64,000 nt of DNA, taken from the NCBI GenBank assembly GCA_903844635.1, contig CAIMUF010000052.1:840-64839 (forward strand). Direction: 5' to 3'. A model generated the notes under the pieces. The model searched no databases. It saw nothing but the letters and a program-made list of their open reading frames with translations, and was not told the DNA's origin. The stretch is from an uncultured Sulfuricurvum sp. (lineage in GTDB: Bacteria; Campylobacterota; Campylobacteria; Campylobacterales; Sulfurimonadaceae). The position numbers were made by a program, and so were the translations under genes. Shown one piece after another: positions 31,396-44,345 of the stretch. Each line of letters starts with the position of its first letter. Positions within the stretch are counted from its first letter, which is position 1.

Positions 31396-33677
31396 ATATG
31401 AAAATGAATATGAAAAAATATATATACAACGCCTTAAGTATTTTGATATTTATTGTCGGAATCTCTTTATTGTATAAAGATTTTTTATTTCATTTAGATC
31501 ATACGCTACTTTTCAACGCGGGTGATCCGACGCTAAATTTATATTTTTTAAAATGGGGTGCTGATTATATTCTGGGCAATGTTTCGGGATTATCAATTTT
31601 TAATTTGCCTTTAGCCTATCCATTTCAAAATTCGTTAGCTTTTTCAGATAATCTATTTGGTAATCAAATCATTTTTTTACCTCTCTATGTTATGACAGGA
31701 GAGCCATTACTATCGTATAATTTATGGATTTTAATTACGTATTTTTTAAACTACATACTAATGTACAGTTATTTAAAAAATTCAAAGTTCATAGGAATAG
31801 AAAGAAATGGGCTAATCGCTATAGTTGGAGCAACTATTTTTACTTTTTCTGTTCCATCGATAGATCTTATGGGTGGTCATCTTCAACTTTTACCTTTATA
31901 TTTTATACCTGTTTCCTTGTATCTCTTAGAAAAACTACTCATTACCCAAAAAGGTAAATATTACATACTTTTTGGTCTTGCTATATCTTTTCAATTTTAT
32001 TTAGGAATACAAACTGGATTTATATTACTTATCCTGCTGATGTTTTTGTTGCCCTTATATTATTTTTATCTTGCTACATATCAAAAAATATCTTTTGTAA
32101 ATATACTATTGTTAGGGATTTCGTTCGCCATTCCAACTCTCACACTTTTACTACCTTATCTTCAAGCAGCTAAGTTAACTGGATTTAGGTCATACGATGA
32201 AGTATTAAATTTTATTCCCTCATTATCCGATTTTTTTCTTGCTGATATTGGAGAAAAAGCAATTTTTATGGGAATACCTATATTTTTATTATTTTTGATA
32301 GCAATACTATTAATAAATAATGTACGTAGCAAAATATTTCTAGGAATTATTATTCTCTCGTATATGTTTTTGCTAAAAGAAACCCATATTTTTCAATTAT
32401 TTCATTCGTTCGTACCAGGATTTGACTCCATCCGAACTCCTGGAAGATTTATATTTGTATCCATTACATTAATAGCCATTTTTATTCCTTTAGTATTTAG
32501 AAGTCAAAAAAATAATTTTGTAAAATATTTATCATTGCTATTTTTGCTCGGTATGTCGTATTCTTTATTGCAGAAACCAATATTGTCACAAGAATATAAC
32601 TATAGTAATCAATCCACAAGCCCGGAACTTCTGAAGTTAATAAATAATGAACCTACCCTAGTGTTGCCATTATATGAGATAAAAATACCTGAATTATTTA
32701 CAGTTATTGATAGAATGAAAAACGTTAATATGCAATATCCAATTTTAGATATATACAGCGGTTTTAATCCAAATTTTGTTGCTGAAATTGAAAAACAATA
32801 TTCTTACAATATAAATACAAAGAATAATGCACAGGAGTTTATTGATAGGATTTTGCGACTTGGATTCAAAAAAATTTATATCGAAAAAAAACAATCTATC
32901 AATGCACTTTTACTTCATGAAATCAACACTTCTAGTAATTTTAAAAATATATATGAAGATGATAAAACGATACTGTATCAATATATGGGTTCTTCGGTAC
33001 CTACTATTTCTTTAAATGCAGCATTAAAAACTATTCCCTGGCAATTTCAGTTAAAAAGCTATAAAGTTGAAAATGACAAAACAGTTTTTCAAGGTCTGCT
33101 AGTTGGCAAATTATCAGGTGTTGTTCAGAAGAAAGAACAAATTTCTACGTCATTAAGCATCAATGGAAAAGACTATCCTTGTCAATTACAGCTAGATAGT
33201 ATTAAAGACTCATTTTCAAGTTTTGAGTGTATTTCTACTAAGAACCTTTCAGAGTTTCCAATTATGGATAAACCTTTGAATGGATCCAATGCTACGATGA
33301 ATATCGTCTCTTTTCCTGAAATAGAATTCGTTAATTCAATGTATGTTGCTACCATAAATATTCAAAATACATCTAATGAAACTTGGGCCTCAGTTGGAAA
33401 ATATCCTATTTCATTAAGCTATAAGTTTTATGATGAAAAAGGTCTAGAACTTCAGCTTTTAGGTATAGGAAGTGATGGTGAATCTATTCGAACTGCTTTG
33501 AGTAAGGGTTATTTATCAAATAACAATACAGATATGCTCAATATGACTTTCAAAACTCCTTATAAAGCAGGTATGTATATTATGGAAATAGACTTAGTAC
33601 AAGATGGAGCTTTTTGGTTCAAGGATAAAGGAAATACAGTGATACATAAATCAATTATAGTTAAGGAAAAATTATGA
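31392..33677 (+). CDS. Polytopic membrane protein, putative GT-C glycosyltransferase with C-terminal soluble domains
   Basis: GDPTLNLYFLKWG, AFSDNLFG, SIRTPGRF, many TM segments; strongly AT-rich; start uncertain (31392 or 31410). Confidence 0.65.
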   Translation: MNMKMNMKKYIYNALSILIFIVGISLLYKDFLFHLDHTLLFNAGDPTLNLYFLKWGADYILGNVSGLSIFNLPLAYPFQNSLAFSDNLFGNQIIFLPLYVMTGEPLLSYNLWILITYFLNYILMYSYLKNSKFIGIERNGLIAIVGATIFTFSVPSIDLMGGHLQLLPLYFIPVSLYLLEKLLITQKGKYYILFGLAISFQFYLGIQTGFILLILLMFLLPLYYFYLATYQKISFVNILLLGISFAIPTLTLLLPYLQAAKLTGFRSYDEVLNFIPSLSDFFLADIGEKAIFMGIPIFLLFLIAILLINNVRSKIFLGIIILSYMFLLKETHIFQLFHSFVPGFDSIRTPGRFIFVSITLIAIFIPLVFRSQKNNFVKYLSLLFLLGMSYSLLQKPILSQEYNYSNQSTSPELLKLINNEPTLVLPLYEIKIPELFTVIDRMKNVNMQYPILDIYSGFNPNFVAEIEKQYSYNINTKNNAQEFIDRILRLGFKKIYIEKKQSINALLLHEINTSSNFKNIYEDDKTILYQYMGSSVPTISLNAALKTIPWQFQLKSYKVENDKTVFQGLLVGKLSGVVQKKEQISTSLSINGKDYPCQLQLDSIKDSFSSFECISTKNLSEFPIMDKPLNGSNATMNIVSFPEIEFVNSMYVATINIQNTSNETWASVGKYPISLSYKFYDEKGLELQLLGIGSDGESIRTALSKGYLSNNNTDMLNMTFKTPYKAGMYIMEIDLVQDGAFWFKDKGNTVIHKSIIVKEKL

Positions 33678-33693
33678 AAAAAAGAGTCCTAAG

Positions 33694-34641
33694 ATGATAA
33701 GATCTGTTTTACAAGAAAACTTAATTGTTGTAATGCCTATTTATGAGGATGTAGAAGCTTCTACTAAACTCTTTCACGAATTGGCGATTACATTCGATAA
33801 AAAAGTCACTATTATTGCTGTGGATGATGGATCGGTCAAGCAACCCGTCGATGTTAGTGCAATACAATCAGCTGGCTTAAGTGGTGTAGTGATAAAGCTC
33901 AAGCGTAATGTTGGACACCAAAAAGCAATATCTATAGGCATAGGCTATGCTGCCGAGTATATGGACCCTGCACAAACAGTGGTAGTGATGGATTCGGATG
34001 GTGAAGATACTCCTATTTCTATCAAAGAGTTAGTTAAGCCTTTGGAGAATGATTCTATAGATGTCGTCGTGGCTCAACGAAAAAGCAGAGTGGAGTCCAT
34101 CAAGTTTAAAGCTTTTTATGTCGTGTATAAGTTTATTTTTCAACTTTTGTCAGGGAAAAAAATCAGCTTTGGTAATTTTATGGGTCTAAAATATGGTGCA
34201 GTAAAACGAATAGCCTCCATGCAAGAGCTGGGGACACACGTTGCAGGTACTGTCCTTTTATCAAAACTCAGGATTGATTTCATCCCTTTGGATCGAGGTG
34301 CGAGATACGCCGGAAAGAGCAAGATGAATTTTGTGGGTCTTGTATTGCACGGATTTAAAGGTTTAATGATTTTCGCAGAAGACGTTTTAGTACGCGTTGG
34401 TATTGCATCTGCCATTGTTGCAGTGTTGGCTTTGATCGCTGGAGCCATGGCGATCATACTCAAGTTTTCAGGTTTTGCTACTCCGGGATGGTTTTCTGTA
34501 GCTTTAGGGATTTTACTTTTAGTATTTTTACAAACAGGGACAATGACACTTATGATGTTAATGCTAACTGGAGTGGTCAAAGGAAGTACGGCAGCGGTTG
34601 TGGATTACAAAATTTTTATCGAAGATATTGCTCATGCGTAA
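33694..34641 (+). CDS. GT2 polyprenol-phosphate glycosyltransferase (GtrB/DPM1-like)
   Basis: VDDGS, NVGHQKAI, MDSDGED, two C-terminal TM helices. Confidence 0.82.
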   Translation: MIRSVLQENLIVVMPIYEDVEASTKLFHELAITFDKKVTIIAVDDGSVKQPVDVSAIQSAGLSGVVIKLKRNVGHQKAISIGIGYAAEYMDPAQTVVVMDSDGEDTPISIKELVKPLENDSIDVVVAQRKSRVESIKFKAFYVVYKFIFQLLSGKKISFGNFMGLKYGAVKRIASMQELGTHVAGTVLLSKLRIDFIPLDRGARYAGKSKMNFVGLVLHGFKGLMIFAEDVLVRVGIASAIVAVLALIAGAMAIILKFSGFATPGWFSVALGILLLVFLQTGTMTLMMLMLTGVVKGSTAAVVDYKIFIEDIAHA

Positions 34642-35008
34642 TGAAGTCGTTCGCTATATTATCAATGGGCTTTTTGCAACATTAATCCATTTTTCCATCC
34701 TGACGTTCAATATTGAAATATTACATATCAGTTCAGCAGGATTTGCAAATTTTATTGCGGCGATTTTTGGAATTACTGTTTCCTTTATGGGAAGTAGATA
34801 TTTTGTATTTCAAAACCACCAAGGGACGATATGGCATCATGCTGTTAAATTTGGAGCGCTTTATGGCGGTATAGCCGTATTGCATGGTTTCATATTGTTT
34901 GTATGGACGGACCACTATCATCTGAGTTATCAGATCGGATTTGTACTTGCAACAGGTATGCAAGTGACATTAAGTTATTTTGGAAATAAAAAGGTGGTAT
35001 TCAAATGA
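34634..35008 (+). CDS. GtrA family flippase
   Basis: RYIINGLFAT, SFMGSRYFVF, SYFGNKKVVF; four TM segments. Confidence 0.85.
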   Translation: MRNEVVRYIINGLFATLIHFSILTFNIEILHISSAGFANFIAAIFGITVSFMGSRYFVFQNHQGTIWHHAVKFGALYGGIAVLHGFILFVWTDHYHLSYQIGFVLATGMQVTLSYFGNKKVVFK

Positions 35009-35613
35009 AAATAAAAAAAGCGATAGTCAGTTCACTCTTATTTGTATTTTTACTTATGGTGTTTTATATAGTGCATCTGAAGTTTTTCAGAGTCGATGTT
35101 GTTTTTTACAGCGCAATCCTTGATGGTGTTTTGGCAGCTCTAGTAACTATTTTAATTGTGGCTATCACACCTTACTTCAAGCTCTATAATTCATTTGAGA
35201 AATTGCAACTTTTTGTTATTTGGATATTAGCAGGATATGCATTTGCTATATCGGTACCTACGGTTATCGATCGTTCCCTTTCTTTTTATATTCTTGAAAA
35301 ACTGCAACAACGCGGTGGTGGTATTTTACAATCAGGATTCGAAGAGGTATTTACGCAGGAGTATGTCAAAGAACATCGACTCGTAGATGTACGATTGACG
35401 GAACAACTCTCATCAGGAACCGTAATCATCGAAAATGGTTGTGTAAAACTGACCCAAAAAGGGGATGATCTCGCAAAATTCAGCCGATTTTTTAGAAAAA
35501 ATCTGCTTCCTAAAGAGCGATTGTTAATGGGACAATATACGGATGATTTGACGGATCCATTTGGCCATGGGGCAGTTGATGCTAACAAAACTTTTGATTA
35601 TATATGCAAATAA
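35005..35613 (+). CDS. Hypothetical membrane protein
   Basis: Three TM segments then a soluble domain (DRSLSFYILEKL...LTQKG); coupled to gtrA. Confidence 0.75.
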   Translation: MKIKKAIVSSLLFVFLLMVFYIVHLKFFRVDVVFYSAILDGVLAALVTILIVAITPYFKLYNSFEKLQLFVIWILAGYAFAISVPTVIDRSLSFYILEKLQQRGGGILQSGFEEVFTQEYVKEHRLVDVRLTEQLSSGTVIIENGCVKLTQKGDDLAKFSRFFRKNLLPKERLLMGQYTDDLTDPFGHGAVDANKTFDYICK

Positions 35614-35622
35614 AGGAATGAG

Positions 35623-36798
35623 ATGAGTTATAAAATAGCAATTGCAGGAACAGGATATGTAGGACTCTCTAATGGAATCTTATTGGCTCAACACAACGAA
35701 GTAGTAGCACTCGATATTATCCCCGAAAAAGTGGAGATGTTGAACCGAAAGGAATCCCCTATCGAGGATATAGAGATTTCAGAGTATCTCAAGCGGGATG
35801 ATTTAAACTTTCGTGCAACTCTTGACAAAAAAGAGGCGTATGAAGGGGCTGATTTCGTCATCATTTCTACACCGACAGATTATGATGAAACAACCAATTA
35901 TTTCAATACTAAATCGATTGAATATGTGATTGCCGATGTTTTAAGCATTAACCAAAATACTACCATGGTAATCAAGTCCACTATTCCAGTAGGATATACT
36001 AACAGCTTAAGAGAAAAATTCAAAACAGATAATATTATTTTTTCTCCAGAATTTTTGCGAGAAGGATTAGCCCTACATGATAATTTACATCCAAGTAGAA
36101 TTATTGTGGGCGAAAAATCAGATCGTGCTATGATATTTGCTGGACTGCTAGAACGTGGTGCCATCAAAAAAGGGATATCAGTTTTATTTACAGACAGTAC
36201 TGAGGCAGAAGCGATAAAACTTTTTTCAAACACCTATCTAGCAATGCGTGTTGCATACTTCAATGAATTGGATTCGTATTGTGAAAAGTATTCTCTGGAT
36301 GCAAAAGATATCATCAATGGTGTAGGCCTAGACCCTAGGATCGGTACTCATTATAACAATCCGAGCTTTGGATATGGTGGCTACTGTTTCCCTAAAGACA
36401 CTAAGCAGCTCAAAGCAAATTTCTCTAATGTACCGAATAATCTCATTGGGGCAATTGTAGAGTCTAATGAAACTCGAAAAGAGTTTATAACCAACCAAAT
36501 ACTTATAAAAGAGCCAAAAGTTGTCGGTATTTATAGATTGATCATGAAAAGCGGAAGTGATAACTTCAGAAGTTCTGCTGTACAAGGGATTATTGAAAAG
36601 CTCACGAATAAAGGTGTAGAGGTAGTGATTTACGAGCCTGTATTAGACGATGATGTATTTGAAAGCTTAAAAGTTATCAAAGACATCCAAGAGTTTAAAA
36701 ACTTGTCTGATGTGATCGTAGCCAATAGAATGGAAGATACTCTCTCTGATGTAAAAGCAAAAGTTTATACCAGAGATATATTCAATAGCGATAAATAA
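35623..36798 (+). CDS. ugd: UDP-glucose 6-dehydrogenase
   Basis: [25 protein letters not shown]. Confidence 0.93.
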   Translation: MSYKIAIAGTGYVGLSNGILLAQHNEVVALDIIPEKVEMLNRKESPIEDIEISEYLKRDDLNFRATLDKKEAYEGADFVIISTPTDYDETTNYFNTKSIEYVIADVLSINQNTTMVIKSTIPVGYTNSLREKFKTDNIIFSPEFLREGLALHDNLHPSRIIVGEKSDRAMIFAGLLERGAIKKGISVLFTDSTEAEAIKLFSNTYLAMRVAYFNELDSYCEKYSLDAKDIINGVGLDPRIGTHYNNPSFGYGGYCFPKDTKQLKANFSNVPNNLIGAIVESNETRKEFITNQILIKEPKVVGIYRLIMKSGSDNFRSSAVQGIIEKLTNKGVEVVIYEPVLDDDVFESLKVIKDIQEFKNLSDVIVANRMEDTLSDVKAKVYTRDIFNSDK

Positions 36799-36809
36799 GG
36801 AAAGATAAA

Positions 36810-37679
36810 ATGAGAAAAAAGATTTTAGTCACTGGTGGAGCCGGATTTGTCGGAAGTCATCTATGTGAAAGACTTTCCAGTAATCCGAACTATGAAGTCT
36901 ATAGCTTAGATAACTACTTTACAGGCAGTAAAAGCAATCATGTACCAAATGTAACTTACATCGAGGGAAATACAGCAGATATAGTAACTCTAATCACTTT
37001 TACGCCTGATATGGTTTATCATTTGGGGGAGTATTCACGAGTTGAACAAAGTTTTGATGATATTGAAAAAGTATGGAAATATAATAAAGACGGGATATTC
37101 GCTGTTTTAGAATTTGTACGTCGTGCCGGTTGTAAAATACTCTATGCTGGAAGCAGTACGAAATTTGGAGACGGAGGGCTAGGGAGAAGTGCCAGCCCGT
37201 ATGCATGGACAAAAGCTACCAATACCGAACTAGTGATGAACTACGGGAACTGGTTCAATGTGCCCTATGCGATCACCTACTTTTATAATGTCTATGGCGC
37301 ACGAGAGATCCAAACCGGAAAATATGCGACACTTATCGCACTTTTTAAAGAAAAGATGAAAAATAATGAACCGATTACTATTGTTTCTCCAGGAATGCAA
37401 AAAAGAAATTTTACCCATATCGATGATATTATAGATGGGCTTGTCCTTGTAGGAGAAAATGGTTACGGGGATGAGTTTGGGATCGGAAGCCCTGAAGCTT
37501 ATACAGTTCTAGAAATTGCTCAGATGTTTGGCGGGGAGATCCAAATGCTCCCCGAACGGGCAGGAAATAGAATGACCGCCGATGTGATAAGTGCTAAAAC
37601 TGAAGCTCTAGGATGGAAGCCAAAGAAAAATATTAAAGATTATATTGCAACAGGGAAAGCATCTGGCTGGAATAGTTAG
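36810..37679 (+). CDS. NAD-dependent epimerase/dehydratase
   Basis: TGGAGFVGSHL, YAWTK, YNVYG. Confidence 0.85.
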   Translation: MRKKILVTGGAGFVGSHLCERLSSNPNYEVYSLDNYFTGSKSNHVPNVTYIEGNTADIVTLITFTPDMVYHLGEYSRVEQSFDDIEKVWKYNKDGIFAVLEFVRRAGCKILYAGSSTKFGDGGLGRSASPYAWTKATNTELVMNYGNWFNVPYAITYFYNVYGAREIQTGKYATLIALFKEKMKNNEPITIVSPGMQKRNFTHIDDIIDGLVLVGENGYGDEFGIGSPEAYTVLEIAQMFGGEIQMLPERAGNRMTADVISAKTEALGWKPKKNIKDYIATGKASGWNS

Positions 37680-37704
37680 TACTTTTTAATCAATTTTACT
37701 TTAA

Positions 37705-39632
<1,928 letters not shown>

Positions 39633-39643
<11 letters not shown>

Positions 39644-40742
39644 GATCATCATTGATTCTCTCTCACTTTTAGGTTCCTTAACGGGAATCGGGAGATATAC
39701 CTATGAAAATGCAAAAGAATTGGAACGATTAAACAACTACCAAATTAATTATTTTTATGGGTATGTTTCGGACAAATTGATGATGCCTGCAAGTTCCAAA
39801 AAGACAAAGTCCCTACGATCGTGGATTATCAAAAATCCTCTCGTAAAATCCATCATTCGGACTATAATGTTTCGTATTTTAGGGATGATAGCGCCTCGTT
39901 ACGATCTCTACTGGCAGCCCAATTTTATCCCTAATCACAGTATCAAAGCCGATAAAATTGTTGCAACGGTACATGATTTTTCGTGGGAGATTTATCCTGA
40001 ATTTCAACCTGTGGAACGGGTTAAATATTTTCAAAAATATTTTTACGTATCTATCTTGCAATGTGATCATATTATCACAGGTTCAGAGTTTACTAAACGA
40101 GAAATTGTTGAGCGTGTAGGAATTGCTCCTGATAAAATTACCGTCATTTATCACGGTGTTGATCATCATCTATTTTATCCTCGGCAATCCACAGTAAAAC
40201 CGCTACAAAAATATATTTTAGCAGTGGGAAGCATCGAACCGCGTAAAAATCTCAAGAACCTTTTGGGTGCTTATACCATGCTGGACAAAGAGTTCAAAAA
40301 TGAGTATCATCTGATTTTGGTAGGTGCTTCAGGTTGGAACAATGACGATATTATCCACGAGATGAAAAGCCTCAGTCAATGGGTAAAATATAGCGGCTAT
40401 GTGAGTGATGACGAGTTGGCACTGCTTTATAGCGATGCAAGTTTATTTATTTACCCTTCTGTATATGAAGGATTTGGTATTCCTCCTCTGGAGGCTATGG
40501 CATGTGCAACAGCCGTGATTGCTTCTAATGCGTCAACATTACCGGAAGTATGTGCAGATGCTGCATATTATGTCGATCCATTGGATACGAAAGCGATCAA
40601 AGAGGGGATAATAAACGTATTAAGAGATGAAAAGTTAAAAAAAGCTCTTATAGCCAAGGGGCTGGTACGAGCCAAAGAATTTAGCTGGGAGAAAAGTGCT
40701 TTGGAACATCAAAAAGTATTTAACAAGGTGTTAGCACAATGA
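39633..40742 (+). CDS. GT4 glycosyltransferase
   Basis: [21 protein letters not shown]. Confidence 0.9.
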
Positions 40743-41836
40743 AAATTGCTATCATTCACGACTGGCTCACCGTCTATGCAGGGGCGGAAAAAACATTAGA
40801 ACCGATGTTAAAGCTTTACCCACAAGCAGATATCTTTACTATCGTTGATTTTTTACCCCAAAAAGATCGGAAATTTTTAACTGGACATAAAATCACGACC
40901 AGTTTTATCCAAAATCTTCCTTTTGCACAATCTAAGTACCGGAATTATTTACCATTAATGCCACTTGCTATTGAACAATTTGATCTTTCTAGTTATAGCT
41001 TAGTGATATCTAGTTCTCACGCCGTAGCAAAAGGAGTTATTACCGGACCTGATCAAAAGCACATTTGTTTATGTTATTCACCCATTCGCTACGCATGGGA
41101 TTTGCAGCACCAATATTTACGAGAAAGTGGTTTAGATAAAGGCTTAAAAGGATGGATGGCTCGTTCCATGTTGCACAAGATACGACTATGGGACTTGCGT
41201 ACTGCCAATGGTGTGGATGATTTCATTGCTATTTCTGACTTTATTGCTCGTCGTATTTGGAAAGTATATCGTCGTGAATCGGTTGTTATTTACCCTCCTG
41301 TCGATGTGGAAGCGTTTAAACTGCATGAAAATAAAGAAGATTTCTACCTTACGGCATCGCGTATGGTTCCCTATAAAAAGATAGATCTGATCGTCGAAGC
41401 ATTTTCAGCAATGCCCGATAAAAAACTTATCGTTATCGGAGACGGACCTGATTTTGAAAAGATCCGCGCATACGCAGGTTCTAATGTGACTTTGATGGGG
41501 TATCAGTCATTTGAAGTTTTGCGTGATCACATGCAGCGAGCTCGTGCCTTTGTCTTTGCTGCGGAGGAAGATTTTGGAATTGCTCCTGTCGAAGCGCAAG
41601 CATGCGGAACGCCTGTAATAGCCTTTGGTAAGGGCGGCGCACTGGAAACAGTAGCTGATGGCGTAAGTGGACTGTTTTTTGATACTCAGAGCGTTGAAAG
41701 TTTATGTGAGGCTTTGGGACGTTTTGAAACGATGAAATTTAACCCTACAGATATTTCCATACATGCTCGTAAATTTTCAGAGGAACGATTTTTAGTTCAA
41801 ATGAAATCATTCCTTCAAGAAAAGCTAGAGAAGTGA
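40739..41836 (+). CDS. GT4 glycosyltransferase (WbaZ-like mannosyltransferase)
   Basis: HDWLTVYAGAE, SSSHAVAKG, EDFGIAPVEAQACG. Confidence 0.88.
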   Translation: MKIAIIHDWLTVYAGAEKTLEPMLKLYPQADIFTIVDFLPQKDRKFLTGHKITTSFIQNLPFAQSKYRNYLPLMPLAIEQFDLSSYSLVISSSHAVAKGVITGPDQKHICLCYSPIRYAWDLQHQYLRESGLDKGLKGWMARSMLHKIRLWDLRTANGVDDFIAISDFIARRIWKVYRRESVVIYPPVDVEAFKLHENKEDFYLTASRMVPYKKIDLIVEAFSAMPDKKLIVIGDGPDFEKIRAYAGSNVTLMGYQSFEVLRDHMQRARAFVFAAEEDFGIAPVEAQACGTPVIAFGKGGALETVADGVSGLFFDTQSVESLCEALGRFETMKFNPTDISIHARKFSEERFLVQMKSFLQEKLEK

Positions 41837-41840
41837 TGAA

Positions 41841-43151
41841 ATGAAAAATTGGATTAATCGTATTACTTTGATTGCATCCGATCTCATAAGTATTTTTATC
41901 GCTATCGTTCTTGCATTTGTTTTACGTCAATGGTGTGATTGCTTTGAGCGCTCTGCGCCTAATGATCTCGACCATTACCTCCATTTTGGACTACTATATG
42001 CAGTTATCATTTCCTTGCTGCTTGTTGAAGGAATTTACTCTAAACGGTATGATTTTTGGCAAGAAATGCAGAGGATAGTCAAGGGGGTGTTTTTAGCTTC
42101 CATTATTTTACTTGCTTTCTTGGCAATGACAAAACAATCCGAAAGTTACTCGCGTTTTATTTTGATCGTTACCTTTGCACTTACAGCTGTTGTTTTACCG
42201 CTGCAAAAATATTATCTCAAACGATTACTTTTTAAGATTGGTACATGGAAGCATGAATCAACCATTATAGGGGGAGATACATTTTTTACCAAACATGTAT
42301 TTAAAAACCCCTATCTTGGATATGTTTTGTCCGATAAATATAAAGCAAAAACACTTTTCATCTCATCCTCGATAGGGATTGAGGCACTTGAAACGTATTT
42401 GCACGAGGCTATTGTCCGTAAGCAAGAAGTCGTTTTTGTCCCGCTCGTTACTAATTTTGATTTTTCAGATGCCCATATCATACATCTATTCAATGCCCGT
42501 AGTAATCTTATCATCGTTGAAAATAATCTTCTCAACAGAACAAACCAATGGATAAAAACGGCTATTGACACCTTGCTTTCCCTTTTAATATTTCCACTGT
42601 TATTAACACTCATTGGCATTATTGCTATACTCATAAAACGTGTAGATGGCGGAACTGTTTTCTTTAAACAAGCTCGTTTGGGTGAAGACGCAAAGAAGTT
42701 TGTTTGCTATAAATTTCGTTCTATGCAGGAAAACAGTGATGAATTATTGCAAGATTATTTACTAGAACATCCTGAAGAAATCAAAAATTATGAGATTTAT
42801 CATAAATATGACAATGACCCAAGAATTACTGCAATCGGGGCTTTTCTACGTAAAACATCATTGGATGAATTGCCTCAAATTTTTAACGTACTCAAAGGGG
42901 AAATGAGTTTAATAGGACCACGCCCTTATATGCCCAATGAACGCACTAAAATGGGTGACAATATCGATATTATTTTGGCTGTAAAGCCTGGAATTACTGG
43001 TCTTTGGCAAGTCAGCGGTCGTAATGATGTTGATTTTGCCAGCCGTGTTGATTTAGATATCTGGTATGTGCGAAATTGGAGCGTCTGGAAAGACTTTGTT
43101 ATTTTAATTAAAACGGTACAAGTAGTGCTGGGAAAAAAAGGGGTGAGTTAA
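41841..43151 (+). CDS. wbaP: Undecaprenyl-phosphate hexose-1-phosphate transferase
   Basis: KFRSM, DPRIT, LRKTSLDELPQ, KPGITGLWQVSGR. Confidence 0.88.
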   Translation: MKNWINRITLIASDLISIFIAIVLAFVLRQWCDCFERSAPNDLDHYLHFGLLYAVIISLLLVEGIYSKRYDFWQEMQRIVKGVFLASIILLAFLAMTKQSESYSRFILIVTFALTAVVLPLQKYYLKRLLFKIGTWKHESTIIGGDTFFTKHVFKNPYLGYVLSDKYKAKTLFISSSIGIEALETYLHEAIVRKQEVVFVPLVTNFDFSDAHIIHLFNARSNLIIVENNLLNRTNQWIKTAIDTLLSLLIFPLLLTLIGIIAILIKRVDGGTVFFKQARLGEDAKKFVCYKFRSMQENSDELLQDYLLEHPEEIKNYEIYHKYDNDPRITAIGAFLRKTSLDELPQIFNVLKGEMSLIGPRPYMPNERTKMGDNIDIILAVKPGITGLWQVSGRNDVDFASRVDLDIWYVRNWSVWKDFVILIKTVQVVLGKKGVS

Positions 43152-43322
43152 TATGATCAAGTTTTTTTCATCCTCTACCTCATTTGCTTCTTAACTCTTA
43201 TTGTCATTTGAATAGATACCGCTCAGTGTTCAGCATGTCCGTAATTTACTGATTGGGTTCAATATGGTAAGATAAATCAAAACAGTTTTTGTTGCGCTAA
43301 AATAGAAGAAGGATTATTAAAT

Positions 43323-44345
43323 ATGTCATTTTTAAAGAATATACAGCGTGTTTTAATTTTACGTTGCGGAGCACTCGGAGATCTTGTCTATGCCACCAGT
43401 GTTATCGATGGATTACGAGCGCAATACGGCGACAATATCATCATCGATTTTATCACGACCCCAGGAACAGCTAAACTCTTTGAATTTGATCCTCGTGTGA
43501 ATCAGACATTTCATCTCAAACACAAGAAGCTCCCTATTTGGCTTAGTCCTCAAAAGCGTGCCATTATCCGTTCATCAAAAGAAAATCCTTATGATCTATT
43601 TATCTCATTGGAATTTGGGAAACAATTTAAAAGTATGATTAAATCAATTCATGCAACCCATAAAACAGGAATGGGTATTTTAGAAACTTCTCATGCTATC
43701 ACAGACATTAATCGAAGTGAAGCTACTAAGCAATATTATCGTGATATTCTCGAAACTGATATTTTATCTAGGGCTAAACCCATTCTCATCGGAATGGAAA
43801 AAGCTCAATGTTGTAAAAAATTTTTACTTCCTGATAATGCCATCGTAATTGCCCCTAGTAACTCTCACAATCAAAAAAAAGGGCTTAACTATAGGGCATG
43901 GCCATTTGAACACTGGCAATCACTTATTGCGACGCTTTCAAAAGACATACCAATTATTATTGTCGGTGCACGTGGAGAAGAGACTTTTTTTGACCATATC
44001 AAACCTTATCCAGAAAATGTAATTGATCTAGTAGGTAAGCTTTCCATTGGTGAGCTCATTACAACACTTCAAAATGCGAAAGGACTCATCTGTACCGATT
44101 CCGCTACCGGACACATTGGCGCTGCTGTTGATACCCCAACTTTTATTCTTATGGGCCCTAATAACCCCATCACTGACAGCCCATACAAAAGTGATACTAA
44201 TGCCGTTTATCCAATCTCATTAAGACTCCCCTGCTCTCCATGCTATAAAACTGAAGTCATGAAGCGGTGTAAAGATAATATTTGTATGAATCAGATTACT
44301 CCAAAAATGGTTTTAGAGTCCGTTCTCTCAGCAAAAATACTATGA
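43323..44345 (+). CDS. GT9 family glycosyltransferase
   Basis: GALGDLV, RAWP, CTDSATGHI, CSPC. Confidence 0.85.
   Translation: MSFLKNIQRVLILRCGALGDLVYATSVIDGLRAQYGDNIIIDFITTPGTAKLFEFDPRVNQTFHLKHKKLPIWLSPQKRAIIRSSKENPYDLFISLEFGKQFKSMIKSIHATHKTGMGILETSHAITDINRSEATKQYYRDILETDILSRAKPILIGMEKAQCCKKFLLPDNAIVIAPSNSHNQKKGLNYRAWPFEHWQSLIATLSKDIPIIIVGARGEETFFDHIKPYPENVIDLVGKLSIGELITTLQNAKGLICTDSATGHIGAAVDTPTFILMGPNNPITDSPYKSDTNAVYPISLRLPCSPCYKTEVMKRCKDNICMNQITPKMVLESVLSAKIL

Noticed and set aside
31392-31415. ATGAATATGAAA tandem duplication at a gene start
   Set aside because: A 12-bp low-complexity duplication that only makes the start codon ambiguous
43152-43322. Hydrophobic reading-frame remnant after wbaP
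   Set aside because: Too short and frameshifted to support a pseudogene call
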